Below are positions 49,825-58,463 of a stretch of 64,000 nucleotides of DNA, piece after piece. Numbering within the stretch: position 1 is the first letter of the stretch; every line of letters begins with the position of its first letter. The DNA lies in the IMG/VR virus record IMGVR_UViG_3300022074_005559. One strand, written 5' to 3'. The notes under the pieces are model-generated. The model was given only the letters and a program-made list of their open reading frames with translations. It was not told the DNA's origin and searched no databases. This stretch comes from a virus (taxonomy: Duplodnaviria; Caudoviricetes). Both the position numbers and the translations under genes were made by a program.

Positions 49825-51009
49825 ATGTCAGACGTACTATTAGAAAGCCGTTGGGATGATACCAAAGACGCCCTTCTTGAAGGTCTAGAAGGTAATCGCC
49901 GCAACAGCATGGGTGTAGTTCTTGAGAACACACGCAGATACTTGCAAGAAGCAGCAACAACAGGTGCTTCAGCTGCAGGTAACGTAGCAACACTTAACCG
50001 TGTGATCCTACCAGTGATCAGACGTGTTATGCCAACTGTTATCGCTAACGAAATCGTTGGTGTTCAGCCAATGCAAGGCCCAGTTGGACAGATTCACACT
50101 CTACGTGTTCGTTATGCAGACACAGTATCTTCATCAGCAAGTGCACCGTTTGATACAAGCACAACAGCAGGTGACGAAGCACTATCGCCATTCAAGATTG
50201 CAACAGCGTATTCAGGTTCAACCACAACAGGTAAAGCTGATACAACAGCAGCAAAAGAAGGCACAGGTGGTTCACAACTATCAATCCAAATCTTGAAGCA
50301 GCCGGTCGAAGCAAAGACTCGTAAGCTACAAGCACGTTGGACTTTTGAAGCAGCACAAGATGCACAGTCAATGCACGGCATCGATGTAGAAGCAGAAGTA
50401 ATGGCAGCTCTTGCACAAGAGATCACTGCTGAAATCGACCAGGAAATCCTAGGTTCACTTCGTTCACTAGCAGCTACAGAAGAAACATACAACCAGGCAG
50501 CAGTGTCAGGTACAGCAACTTACGTTGGTGACGAGCATGCAGCACTTGCAGTTCTAATCAACCGCACAGCAAACAAGATTGCACAGCGCACACGTCGCGG
50601 TGCAGGCAACTTTGCAGTATGTTCACCAGAAGCACTAACAGTACTTCAGTCAGCATCAACAAGTGCATTTGCTCGTACAACAGAAGGTGCTTTCGAAGCT
50701 CCAACTAACACTAAGTTTGTAGGTACACTAAACGGCGCAATGCGTGTTTACGTTGACTCATATGCAGCAGACGGTACAGCAGTACTTGTTGGCTACAAAG
50801 GCTCAAGTGAAACAGATGCGGCAGCATTCTATTGCCCATACGTTCCGCTAATGTCAAGTGGCACAGTGCTTGATCCATCAACTTTCGAGCCAGTCGTATC
50901 ATTCATGACACGTTATGGCTACGTTGAGCTTTCAAACACAGCAAGTTCACTAGGTAACGCAGGTGACTACGTTGGTGAAGTTGCAATGTCAAACATCTCA
51001 TTCTCATAA
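49825..51009 (+). CDS. gp23: Major capsid protein
   Basis: GVQPM.GP.GQI..LR, VEAKTRKL.ARWT.E.AQD, E..AEID.EI, FYCPYVPL, F.P......TRYG. Confidence 0.97.
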   Translation: MSDVLLESRWDDTKDALLEGLEGNRRNSMGVVLENTRRYLQEAATTGASAAGNVATLNRVILPVIRRVMPTVIANEIVGVQPMQGPVGQIHTLRVRYADTVSSSASAPFDTSTTAGDEALSPFKIATAYSGSTTTGKADTTAAKEGTGGSQLSIQILKQPVEAKTRKLQARWTFEAAQDAQSMHGIDVEAEVMAALAQEITAEIDQEILGSLRSLAATEETYNQAAVSGTATYVGDEHAALAVLINRTANKIAQRTRRGAGNFAVCSPEALTVLQSASTSAFARTTEGAFEAPTNTKFVGTLNGAMRVYVDSYAADGTAVLVGYKGSSETDAAAFYCPYVPLMSSGTVLDPSTFEPVVSFMTRYGYVELSNTASSLGNAGDYVGEVAMSNISFS

Positions 51010-51035
51010 GTCTAACTTATAGAATAGGAATACAG

Positions 51036-51062
51036 AAACAGGGACTTAGGTCCCTGTTTTTT
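51036..51062 (+). terminator. Intrinsic terminator after gp23
   Basis: AAACAGGGAC-TTAG-GTCCCTGTTT followed by T run. Confidence 0.9.
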
Positions 51063-51138
51063 GTTAAATACAGTATCAGCAAAGACTGATTTATGGGGCA
51101 CCAACCCCGTAGGCTTAGAACGTCAAAGGAGAAAACAA

Positions 51139-51573
51139 ATGGGAAGACCAATTAAAAGCGCCGAAACAGTAGGCGGAACATCAAAACTTGCTAGTGTAAA
51201 CACAGTATTGCCAATCGGTAACAGTGGACTAAGCGGCAATCAAATTATTATGAGAGCCTTTGTTACTGGAGGCAGTGCGCAGGTTACAACAAACGTTATC
51301 CAAAAAGGTACAAAACGTTTTCGTTGTACAACTGCAACTGGTACAGAAACACTAACTCTTGTGCCAGTAGTACACACTTCAATTAGTGCAGGGCAGTGCC
51401 AGATTACTGGTACAGACAGTGCAGGCGGAACTTACTTTGCTAGTAAGATCACAGGACGTCATTTTGTAGTAGGCGCACTAGGAACAGGCTCGCAGTTTGC
51501 AGTAGGCGATAAAGCAAATATTGTAGCATCAAGCCCAGTTTTAAACGTAAGTGTAAGTATTCCTAACGGCTAA
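51139..51573 (+). CDS. Structural protein, 144 aa (MGRPIK..., possibly capsid-associated)
   Basis: AAGGAG SD at 51126-51131; TTAAATA at 51064-51070; ORF-track start 51061 is too long. Confidence 0.75.
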   Translation: MGRPIKSAETVGGTSKLASVNTVLPIGNSGLSGNQIIMRAFVTGGSAQVTTNVIQKGTKRFRCTTATGTETLTLVPVVHTSISAGQCQITGTDSAGGTYFASKITGRHFVVGALGTGSQFAVGDKANIVASSPVLNVSVSIPNG

Positions 51574-51580
51574 TAGTTAC

Positions 51581-51627
51581 TTGACTAAAATAAAGGGTTA
51601 CAGTATAATACACTGTAACCTTTTTTT
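51581..51627 (+). promoter_or_regulatory. sigma70 promoter TTGACT-N17-TATAAT overlapped by an intrinsic terminator
   Basis: Stem GGTTACAGT/ACTGTAACC, loop ATAATAC, T7 tail. Confidence 0.8.
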
Positions 51628-51632
51628 AAGAC

Positions 51633-52220
51633 ATGAATAAAGATTTCGCATTTATATTAGGCAATGGTATTACTAGACTACAAGTAGACTGTGAAGGTCT
51701 TCTTGACTATGGATATGTGTACGGTTGTAATAGAATATACCAAGAGTTTGCTTCTACTGTGTTAGTTAGTACTGATGCAGGTATGGCAAGAGAAATACAA
51801 GGAAGTGGATATAGTTCGAGATACACGCACTATACAAGAAAAAAACACATAATAAAAAATCGTGGATCTCGTGTACTGCCAGCTCATTTACATGATTATA
51901 GCAGTGGTCCTGCGGCTTTGGGTATAGCTGCATCTAGTGATAGCAACTATCTTTTTATGATAGGCATGGATCTCAAAGGAAAAAACAATATGATTAACAA
52001 CATATACGCAGGCACACCTAACTATCTAGACAATAATGCAGATCCAACTTTTTTTGGTAACTGGGTAGATCAAGTAAACACGCTAATGAAACTATACAGT
52101 AACAAAAGATTCTTTCATGTCAATCCTTTAGATAACTTTACAGATGAAAGTTTTAGAAAAAATCCTAACTTCACTGTGATGACTTTAGAGGAGTTTAAGA
52201 GGATGATAAATAAAGTATAA
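51633..52220 (+). CDS. Hypothetical enzyme (DUF115/sialyltransferase-fold-like)
   Basis: AFILGNG.TR, YGCNRIY, SSGPAAL, IGMD pattern. Confidence 0.45.
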   Translation: MNKDFAFILGNGITRLQVDCEGLLDYGYVYGCNRIYQEFASTVLVSTDAGMAREIQGSGYSSRYTHYTRKKHIIKNRGSRVLPAHLHDYSSGPAALGIAASSDSNYLFMIGMDLKGKNNMINNIYAGTPNYLDNNADPTFFGNWVDQVNTLMKLYSNKRFFHVNPLDNFTDESFRKNPNFTVMTLEEFKRMINKV

Positions 52221-52238
52221 CGCAGGATTGTTAAAAGA

Positions 52239-52877
52239 ATGGCACAAACCAAAAGAGTATCTGGTACCTATACTATTAGCGCAAGCAGTTTTACGCTTGA
52301 CAATGATGTAACTGTCACTGGTAACCTTACAGTTACTGGTACTACTAATAGTGTTGAAACTACAAACACAAGGATCACTGATAATATTGTGACTTACAAC
52401 CAAGGCGCATCGGGCGCAGGTGTTGGAGGTACTGGATTTAGTGGTATTGAGATTGAACGTGGTAGTTTAGACAATGCGTTGCTAGTGTTTGATGAATCAG
52501 ATGATACATTTAAAATCAGTACTGATGGAGGTAGCAGTTATGTCAGTCTAACAACCGGCAGCGGCGGCATAAACAATGTTGTAGAAGATACAACTCCGCA
52601 GCTCGGCGGTGACTTAGATATTAATGGCAAAAATATTGTTAGTGCTACAAGTAACATGGATATTCAACTTATTCCTAACGGTACAGGTCGTGTTACAGTA
52701 ACAAGTGCCCTAAAACTTAACGATCAAGTAAGTGCTCCTAGTAGTGCTACAGGTGCTACACTGCTTTACGCTGACACAGCGGCAGGCGGAGGCACTGGTG
52801 TGTTTTTTGTAGATGGCAGTGCTAGTGATGAACTAGTAAGCAAAAGTAAAGCCATCGTATATGGTTTGATTTTTTAA
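52239..52877 (+). CDS. Structural protein with fibre module
   Basis: ERG.LDNA...FDES module, DTTPQLGGDLD motif; ATAAATA at 52206-52212. Confidence 0.65.
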   Translation: MAQTKRVSGTYTISASSFTLDNDVTVTGNLTVTGTTNSVETTNTRITDNIVTYNQGASGAGVGGTGFSGIEIERGSLDNALLVFDESDDTFKISTDGGSSYVSLTTGSGGINNVVEDTTPQLGGDLDINGKNIVSATSNMDIQLIPNGTGRVTVTSALKLNDQVSAPSSATGATLLYADTAAGGGTGVFFVDGSASDELVSKSKAIVYGLIF

Positions 52878-52888
52878 AGGACAGGTAA

Positions 52889-53197
52889 ATGGCAATCAGT
52901 CAACAAGCAGTAGGAACAAGTGCAACAACAGTTTATACTAGCACAAACACAACAGCAATCACTTGTATGTTCTTTATGAACGACAATGCCGCTGCAAGAA
53001 CACTAGATGTTCATGTTGTAAAAAGTGGTGAGTCACCAGGCACAGCAAACAAGATTGTAAAAACTATTACTATTGATCCTGCTGATACATATGTTATTAA
53101 TATTGAAAAACTTGTGTTGGACAATGGTGACACAGTCCAATGTGTTGCTAGTGCAGCAACAAGTGTCTATGCAACAGTCAGTTCAGTGAGTATCTAA
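52889..53197 (+). CDS. Small structural protein
   Basis: AAGGA SD, beta-rich 102 aa, coupled to next gene. Confidence 0.65.
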   Translation: MAISQQAVGTSATTVYTSTNTTAITCMFFMNDNAAARTLDVHVVKSGESPGTANKIVKTITIDPADTYVINIEKLVLDNGDTVQCVASAATSVYATVSSVSI

Positions 53198-53637
53198 TGG
53201 CAGGTTTTGTAAAAAACAAAGGTAGTTTTGATGGTGGTAACACAATCAAAGCAGATGAAATCGGTGCAACAGGAACACCTTCAGGCGGATCTGCAGATAG
53301 ACCAAATGATCCAGAAACAGGTGATCTTCGCTTTAACACAGATGATGGTGCGTTAGAAGTTTATGATGGCACTCAGTTCAAAACACTTGCGACTAGTGGT
53401 ACTGCAACCATTACACAGGATAGCTTCACAGGCGATGGATCAACTACTGCATTCACAATGAGTACTAGTGTAACTAGTGACCAAGAACAACGCATTATTG
53501 TAGCAGTAGGAAACGTTTATCAAAATCCAGCAAGTGCTTACACAGTAAGCGGTACAACTATTACATTCACAAGTCCGCCGGGCGCCGCAGAAACAATCAC
53601 TGTTGTACACGGTTTCGATAGCACTACCGCAGCCTGA
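53197..53637 (+). CDS. Small structural protein with GDGST module
   Basis: GDLRFNT....LEVYDG plus DSFTGDGSTTAF module. Confidence 0.65.
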   Translation: MAGFVKNKGSFDGGNTIKADEIGATGTPSGGSADRPNDPETGDLRFNTDDGALEVYDGTQFKTLATSGTATITQDSFTGDGSTTAFTMSTSVTSDQEQRIIVAVGNVYQNPASAYTVSGTTITFTSPPGAAETITVVHGFDSTTAA

Positions 53638-53709
53638 TAAATACATGCAACAAACCCTGGCACCTCGGATGTTAGCATGGTGTTCGCAGGATAGCGGAGT
53701 GTATTAAGT

Positions 53710-56700
53710 ATGGCTATTAGTCGTATTGGCGGTAAAGCCTTAAAAGCAAATCTAGAACGTGATAGCAATCTTACTTTCAATACTGACACTCTAACGGTTG
53801 ACTATACCAATGATCGTATTGGTATTGGCACAACTAACCCTTCAGAAAAACTCAGTGTAACGGGATCAGCAACTATTAGTGACACGCTAACAGTTGATAC
53901 TAGTGCTGACATTGATGGCATCCGCATCATTGATAACAACATTCAAGCAACCAGAACTAACGATGATGTTACTATTGTACCAAGTGGTACAGGCAGTGTT
54001 AACGTTAGTTCAAGTGTTATTAGCAATGTAGTTGATCCAGTATCAGCACAAGATGCTGCAACTAAATCATATGTAGATGCACAGATAAGCGGTAATGCAA
54101 TCGGCACAGGCATGCAGATTACATTAGGTACTCCTACAGATAGTAGTCTAGTAACAGATTCTATGTACAAAAGTTTTGTAACAGGGACAAAAGTTACAGA
54201 TGCTATTGACGATCTTAACGAAGCAATACAAAACGTACTTAATAGTACCGCAGTTAGTAATGTAGACTTTGTTGCTGATACAACAAGTGGCGGTGCAGGT
54301 ACAACAGTAACACTTACTATCACAGCAGATGGTAATCCAAACAGATATGATATTACTTGGGGCGATGGTGATACCACAACAGGTACAACAGACAGCACCC
54401 CAAGTCACACTTATGCCACCAACACAGGCAGTCCATTTAGTGTAACAGTTAGAGCATACAATAATGGTGGTAGTGGCTCTGGAAGCGAAGAAAGTAAAAC
54501 TCGTACAGATTATATAACAATCTTCACCGCTGACCCAGTTGTGAGTTTCGCGGCATACGCGGCAAGTTCTGGAGGTTCGCCCATCACAGTGTGGAACGAC
54601 GGTGACACGATTTATTTTCAAAACAATACTACTAATATCGGTAGCGCAACAATCCAGTTTACTTGGGATTGGGGCGACAGTGAATCAGATGATGTTATCA
54701 CTGACGATACAGCAAATGGTGGCACAGCGGGCGGACGACTTGCTCACACATTTACTGCCAGTACTGAGACAGAAGTACAACGCACTGTTAGACTAACACT
54801 GGATAGCCATAGCACAGCATTGCCTGCTAGTATACCAACCAACACTACAAACACATACAAGATTTATGACACACATACACCTACTGTAACACTTGATGAC
54901 AACAGTGGTGTAAACGAAGAAAGCACCAGTGGTCACGTTGTAAGTCTTACAAATACAACAGAAGCAGGTGTAGGAAGTTATGCTACATACGGCATACAAT
55001 ATCAATACCAGTTTGGTGATGGCACAAGCAATGTCACTGTTAACGCTGGCAGCGGATCAGTAGGTGATAGAAACGTTGCACTAAGTCATACATATGCACT
55101 AAGTTCAAGTGACCAAGCAAATGGCACTGCACGAGACTATACAGGTAACCTGCGTGTAATCAGTAACCACACAAGTTCACCATTTATAAGCAGTACATTT
55201 ACAGTACACGTTGAGCCAGATGTTAGAGCAAACATTGCTGGTACGGCAATTAGTGTTAGTGATGGTAGTGGTGATGATCAGTATGACATTTATAATTTTA
55301 CAGATTACAATGGTGTAAACAGAGCAAGAGTGCGCATGACAAACACCAGTCAAAATGCAGATGATTATGTTTATGTATGGGGTGATGGCGACACAGACAA
55401 CGTAACAGAAGATGGTACTAGTGCAGGTAGTATAGGAGCAGTGATTAATCACAACTATCTAGGTGAAAGCACAGGTAGTTACAATGTGTCATTCACAGCA
55501 AACGGCACACCAGATTTGACTGCCCAAACAGATGTAGACACAAGCATTACATTCAACATAAAAGCAACACCAAGTGCTCCAACAAGTTTAAGTGGCAAAA
55601 GTCTTACATTAAGTGACAGTGCGCAAGGCACAAGTCCGTTGCTTGCAGCAAACTTTGATGACAACACTAGTTCAGCAACAACACTCAGTGCTGGTTCTAA
55701 CCTAAACACTACAACAGCAAGACGATATACCAGTGGCACTATTGACACCAGCACAGTCAACGACGCATACAATGGTGTAAGTGGTACACTAGCCGCAGAG
55801 ATCAATGCCAGTGATGATGGAACAAAAACATTTAGTACAAGCACGGGCGAAACAGGCACATTTACAAGTCTTGTGGTTAGTCAAAACGTTGATTATCATG
55901 ATATTGATGCAAGTTATCCAAGTGATTTTTATCAAACGTTTGACGCAAAAATCACAAAAGCACTTACAGGATATACTGTAGGACTAAACGCACAGCGACT
56001 AACACACACTACAACAGGCAACACAAACTATGTGTATGTGCTAAAAGATGATATGACAGGCAGTCCTAGTTTCGGAGCAACAGGCACACTTAGTGAAGGT
56101 ACTGGTGGTACAAAGAGATTTATCTCTGGTATTCCCTATTACAACACTGGCAGTCCAACTTTAACACTAAGCGGAGTAACTGTAAACAACCTTGTAGGTC
56201 AGGCATACACAAATCAAAATGACATTGTTGAAGTAGATCCTGGTACAAACTATGAAAGTACTAGTAATAGTGCTATTCAAAATGAAAACTACACTTATGC
56301 GAATATTTTAGAATCTGGACAACTCAGCAGTGGCATTCCTGTAAAAGACATTGGTACAAGCAGTGCTTACAGTATCAAAGATCTCACAGTGGACATTACA
56401 ACTTCAAGTGTGCGCACTGTTGAAGCACCGCGTATCCGTGCAAGAAATGTTAATGGATCCAGCAGTTATACACAACTTAGCACAAAAGTACAGGTGCATA
56501 GAAGCGCACAAAGTGGCATCAGTGAGATTGCTATTGCGGTAAGTGACAGTTTAGGTGCTACATATGATGACGATGCTGTGCGTGTATTTGATTTCAGTGC
56601 AGACACTACTAACACACCAAGTTACACAAGTAGCACAAACTTTTACACAAACAGTGTGTACGGTGAAAGTGCAGATCCGGGTGTGAGTGGTACACAAGAA

Positions 56701-57186
56701 GCAACTATTAGACTGGGTATACTAGAACACAATGTAATAGACTATAGCACAGGGTTCCTACCAGTGGGTCCTGACAGAAGCGGTGATACTGGCACACAGT
56801 ATTTTACATTTGCATTCCGCAGAACTACAGTTAGTAACTTTGATATCAACATCACAAGTTCAAGTGGTGTAAGTGGTGTGTTTATTGCGGCACCAGGTAC
56901 AGGCATTGATGACAGTAGTGGACTCAACGGTTGGCTAGATTGTAGTACAACATATGGTGGTAGTGGACAACCCGGCAGTGACACAGGCAATGGTGGTAAT
57001 GGTTCAAACGGTTGTGCATTTACATCAGGTGATAGAATAGTAACAGGCACTGCACTCAGCGGTGGCTATACAATGACACTGGGCAGTGAGAACATGTCAA
57101 ACGCTCAGGATAATGTAGTGTTGGTGCGTATTGCACTAGCAAGTGGCGAAAGCGTAACTGCATTAAGTATAGGAGTTGCTAGTTAA
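53710..57186 (+). CDS. Large PKD-domain structural protein, 1158 aa
   Basis: Repeated W.WGDG / FGDG..HTY PKD motifs; ATAAATA at 53637-53643. Confidence 0.75.
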   Translation: MAISRIGGKALKANLERDSNLTFNTDTLTVDYTNDRIGIGTTNPSEKLSVTGSATISDTLTVDTSADIDGIRIIDNNIQATRTNDDVTIVPSGTGSVNVSSSVISNVVDPVSAQDAATKSYVDAQISGNAIGTGMQITLGTPTDSSLVTDSMYKSFVTGTKVTDAIDDLNEAIQNVLNSTAVSNVDFVADTTSGGAGTTVTLTITADGNPNRYDITWGDGDTTTGTTDSTPSHTYATNTGSPFSVTVRAYNNGGSGSGSEESKTRTDYITIFTADPVVSFAAYAASSGGSPITVWNDGDTIYFQNNTTNIGSATIQFTWDWGDSESDDVITDDTANGGTAGGRLAHTFTASTETEVQRTVRLTLDSHSTALPASIPTNTTNTYKIYDTHTPTVTLDDNSGVNEESTSGHVVSLTNTTEAGVGSYATYGIQYQYQFGDGTSNVTVNAGSGSVGDRNVALSHTYALSSSDQANGTARDYTGNLRVISNHTSSPFISSTFTVHVEPDVRANIAGTAISVSDGSGDDQYDIYNFTDYNGVNRARVRMTNTSQNADDYVYVWGDGDTDNVTEDGTSAGSIGAVINHNYLGESTGSYNVSFTANGTPDLTAQTDVDTSITFNIKATPSAPTSLSGKSLTLSDSAQGTSPLLAANFDDNTSSATTLSAGSNLNTTTARRYTSGTIDTSTVNDAYNGVSGTLAAEINASDDGTKTFSTSTGETGTFTSLVVSQNVDYHDIDASYPSDFYQTFDAKITKALTGYTVGLNAQRLTHTTTGNTNYVYVLKDDMTGSPSFGATGTLSEGTGGTKRFISGIPYYNTGSPTLTLSGVTVNNLVGQAYTNQNDIVEVDPGTNYESTSNSAIQNENYTYANILESGQLSSGIPVKDIGTSSAYSIKDLTVDITTSSVRTVEAPRIRARNVNGSSSYTQLSTKVQVHRSAQSGISEIAIAVSDSLGATYDDDAVRVFDFSADTTNTPSYTSSTNFYTNSVYGESADPGVSGTQEATIRLGILEHNVIDYSTGFLPVGPDRSGDTGTQYFTFAFRRTTVSNFDINITSSSGVSGVFIAAPGTGIDDSSGLNGWLDCSTTYGGSGQPGSDTGNGGNGSNGCAFTSGDRIVTGTALSGGYTMTLGSENMSNAQDNVVLVRIALASGESVTALSIGVAS

Positions 57187-58316
57187 TGGCTATTACAGAT
57201 ACCCAAAAAGTTGACTACCTTTGGAAAAAACTAGGTTACGCTGCAACTAAATCTGATACCAATGCTAACAAAAAAGCACCTAACGAAGCGATTGCATCGC
57301 CTCTTATACTTCGTGCAGACAAAGTACTAAAAGACTCGTCTAGTATTCCAAGCACACAGCCTGCAAGTAGCACAGGTGTTGTTACTGTGTATCCAACAAG
57401 CAGTCCTATTGAAACAACACTGGATAATACTGCAACTGCAAACAGAACTTGGAAAACAGGACAAACAGATTGGATCTCTCCAGAGTTTGGTAGTACATAT
57501 CAAGTAAAAGTTTACATTCACACCAGCAGTGATGCCGCTGGCGCTAGTGGCGGAGATCAAGTGTTTGCCACAGGTAGTGGCAATGATGATGAATGGTTCT
57601 TTGACTATCAGAGTGGTGTGCTACACTTTATTGGTACTAATCTGCCTAATGGTATTAATTTTACTGGTAAGAGTGTTTACATTGCAGGTGCAAGATACAG
57701 CGGTGAGTTTGGTGTAGGTGGTGACTTAGGTGCATTTACTTTTACAGACAACAGACTGCAAACCACTGTAACTAACGAAGAGATTATTATTGAACCTGCT
57801 GGCACAGGGTATGTTAAAGTAGACGCAAGCAGTGGACTTATTGTTCCTGTTGGAAGTACTTTAGAACGTCCTAGTGGACAAACTGGTATGATGCGTTTTA
57901 ACACCACTACAAGTTTGATGGAAGTATACAATGGTAGTGCATGGGTCAACGTAGGTGGTAGCACAGTTACACTTGATGAGTTTGATGGAGATGGCACTGA
58001 TACTGCATTTACACTTTCACAAAGTGCTACAACTGCAACTGTTATTGTTAGTATGAATGGTACTGTACAAGAAGCAACAAACACATATACAGTAAGTGGA
58101 ACTACACTGACTTTTAATGAAGCACCTGTTACGGGAGATAAAATACAAGTAAGAAACTTTTTCAGCGGAAATGAGTTACAACCTGCAAGCAAGTTTCAAA
58201 GTTATACTACAACTCAGCGTAACTCATTAAGTCCTAGTAATGGTGATGTGATATATAACACTACTACACATAAGTTTCAAGGTTATGCAAATAGCGGTTG
58301 GGTAGACTTCCACTAA
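57186..58316 (+). CDS. Structural protein
   Basis: KVDYLWKKLGY N-terminus, GMMRFNT, GDGT module, GDVIYNTTT.KFQGY. Confidence 0.65.
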   Translation: MAITDTQKVDYLWKKLGYAATKSDTNANKKAPNEAIASPLILRADKVLKDSSSIPSTQPASSTGVVTVYPTSSPIETTLDNTATANRTWKTGQTDWISPEFGSTYQVKVYIHTSSDAAGASGGDQVFATGSGNDDEWFFDYQSGVLHFIGTNLPNGINFTGKSVYIAGARYSGEFGVGGDLGAFTFTDNRLQTTVTNEEIIIEPAGTGYVKVDASSGLIVPVGSTLERPSGQTGMMRFNTTTSLMEVYNGSAWVNVGGSTVTLDEFDGDGTDTAFTLSQSATTATVIVSMNGTVQEATNTYTVSGTTLTFNEAPVTGDKIQVRNFFSGNELQPASKFQSYTTTQRNSLSPSNGDVIYNTTTHKFQGYANSGWVDFH

Positions 58317-58463
58317 TAGATAAATAAGTTTGTAAGAACTTCCTTTTTACAACATTCCCCCTCTTTATAACGTCTGTAATGCTTTTTTTTTCAGGCGCTG
58401 ATTCATCACGGCTATTGATAAATATGCTTATAGATAAGACCGTGATTGGAGTAGAGACACAAA

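Noticed and set aside
51061-51138. ORF-track N-terminal extension of the post-gp23 gene
   Set aside because: Runs through terminator tail, late promoter and leader; SD supports ATG 51139
58332-58394. Looks like a spliceosomal intron (GTAAG...poly-T CAG/G)
   Set aside because: Intergenic in a phage with bacterial-type signals; no exons to join; treated as coincidence
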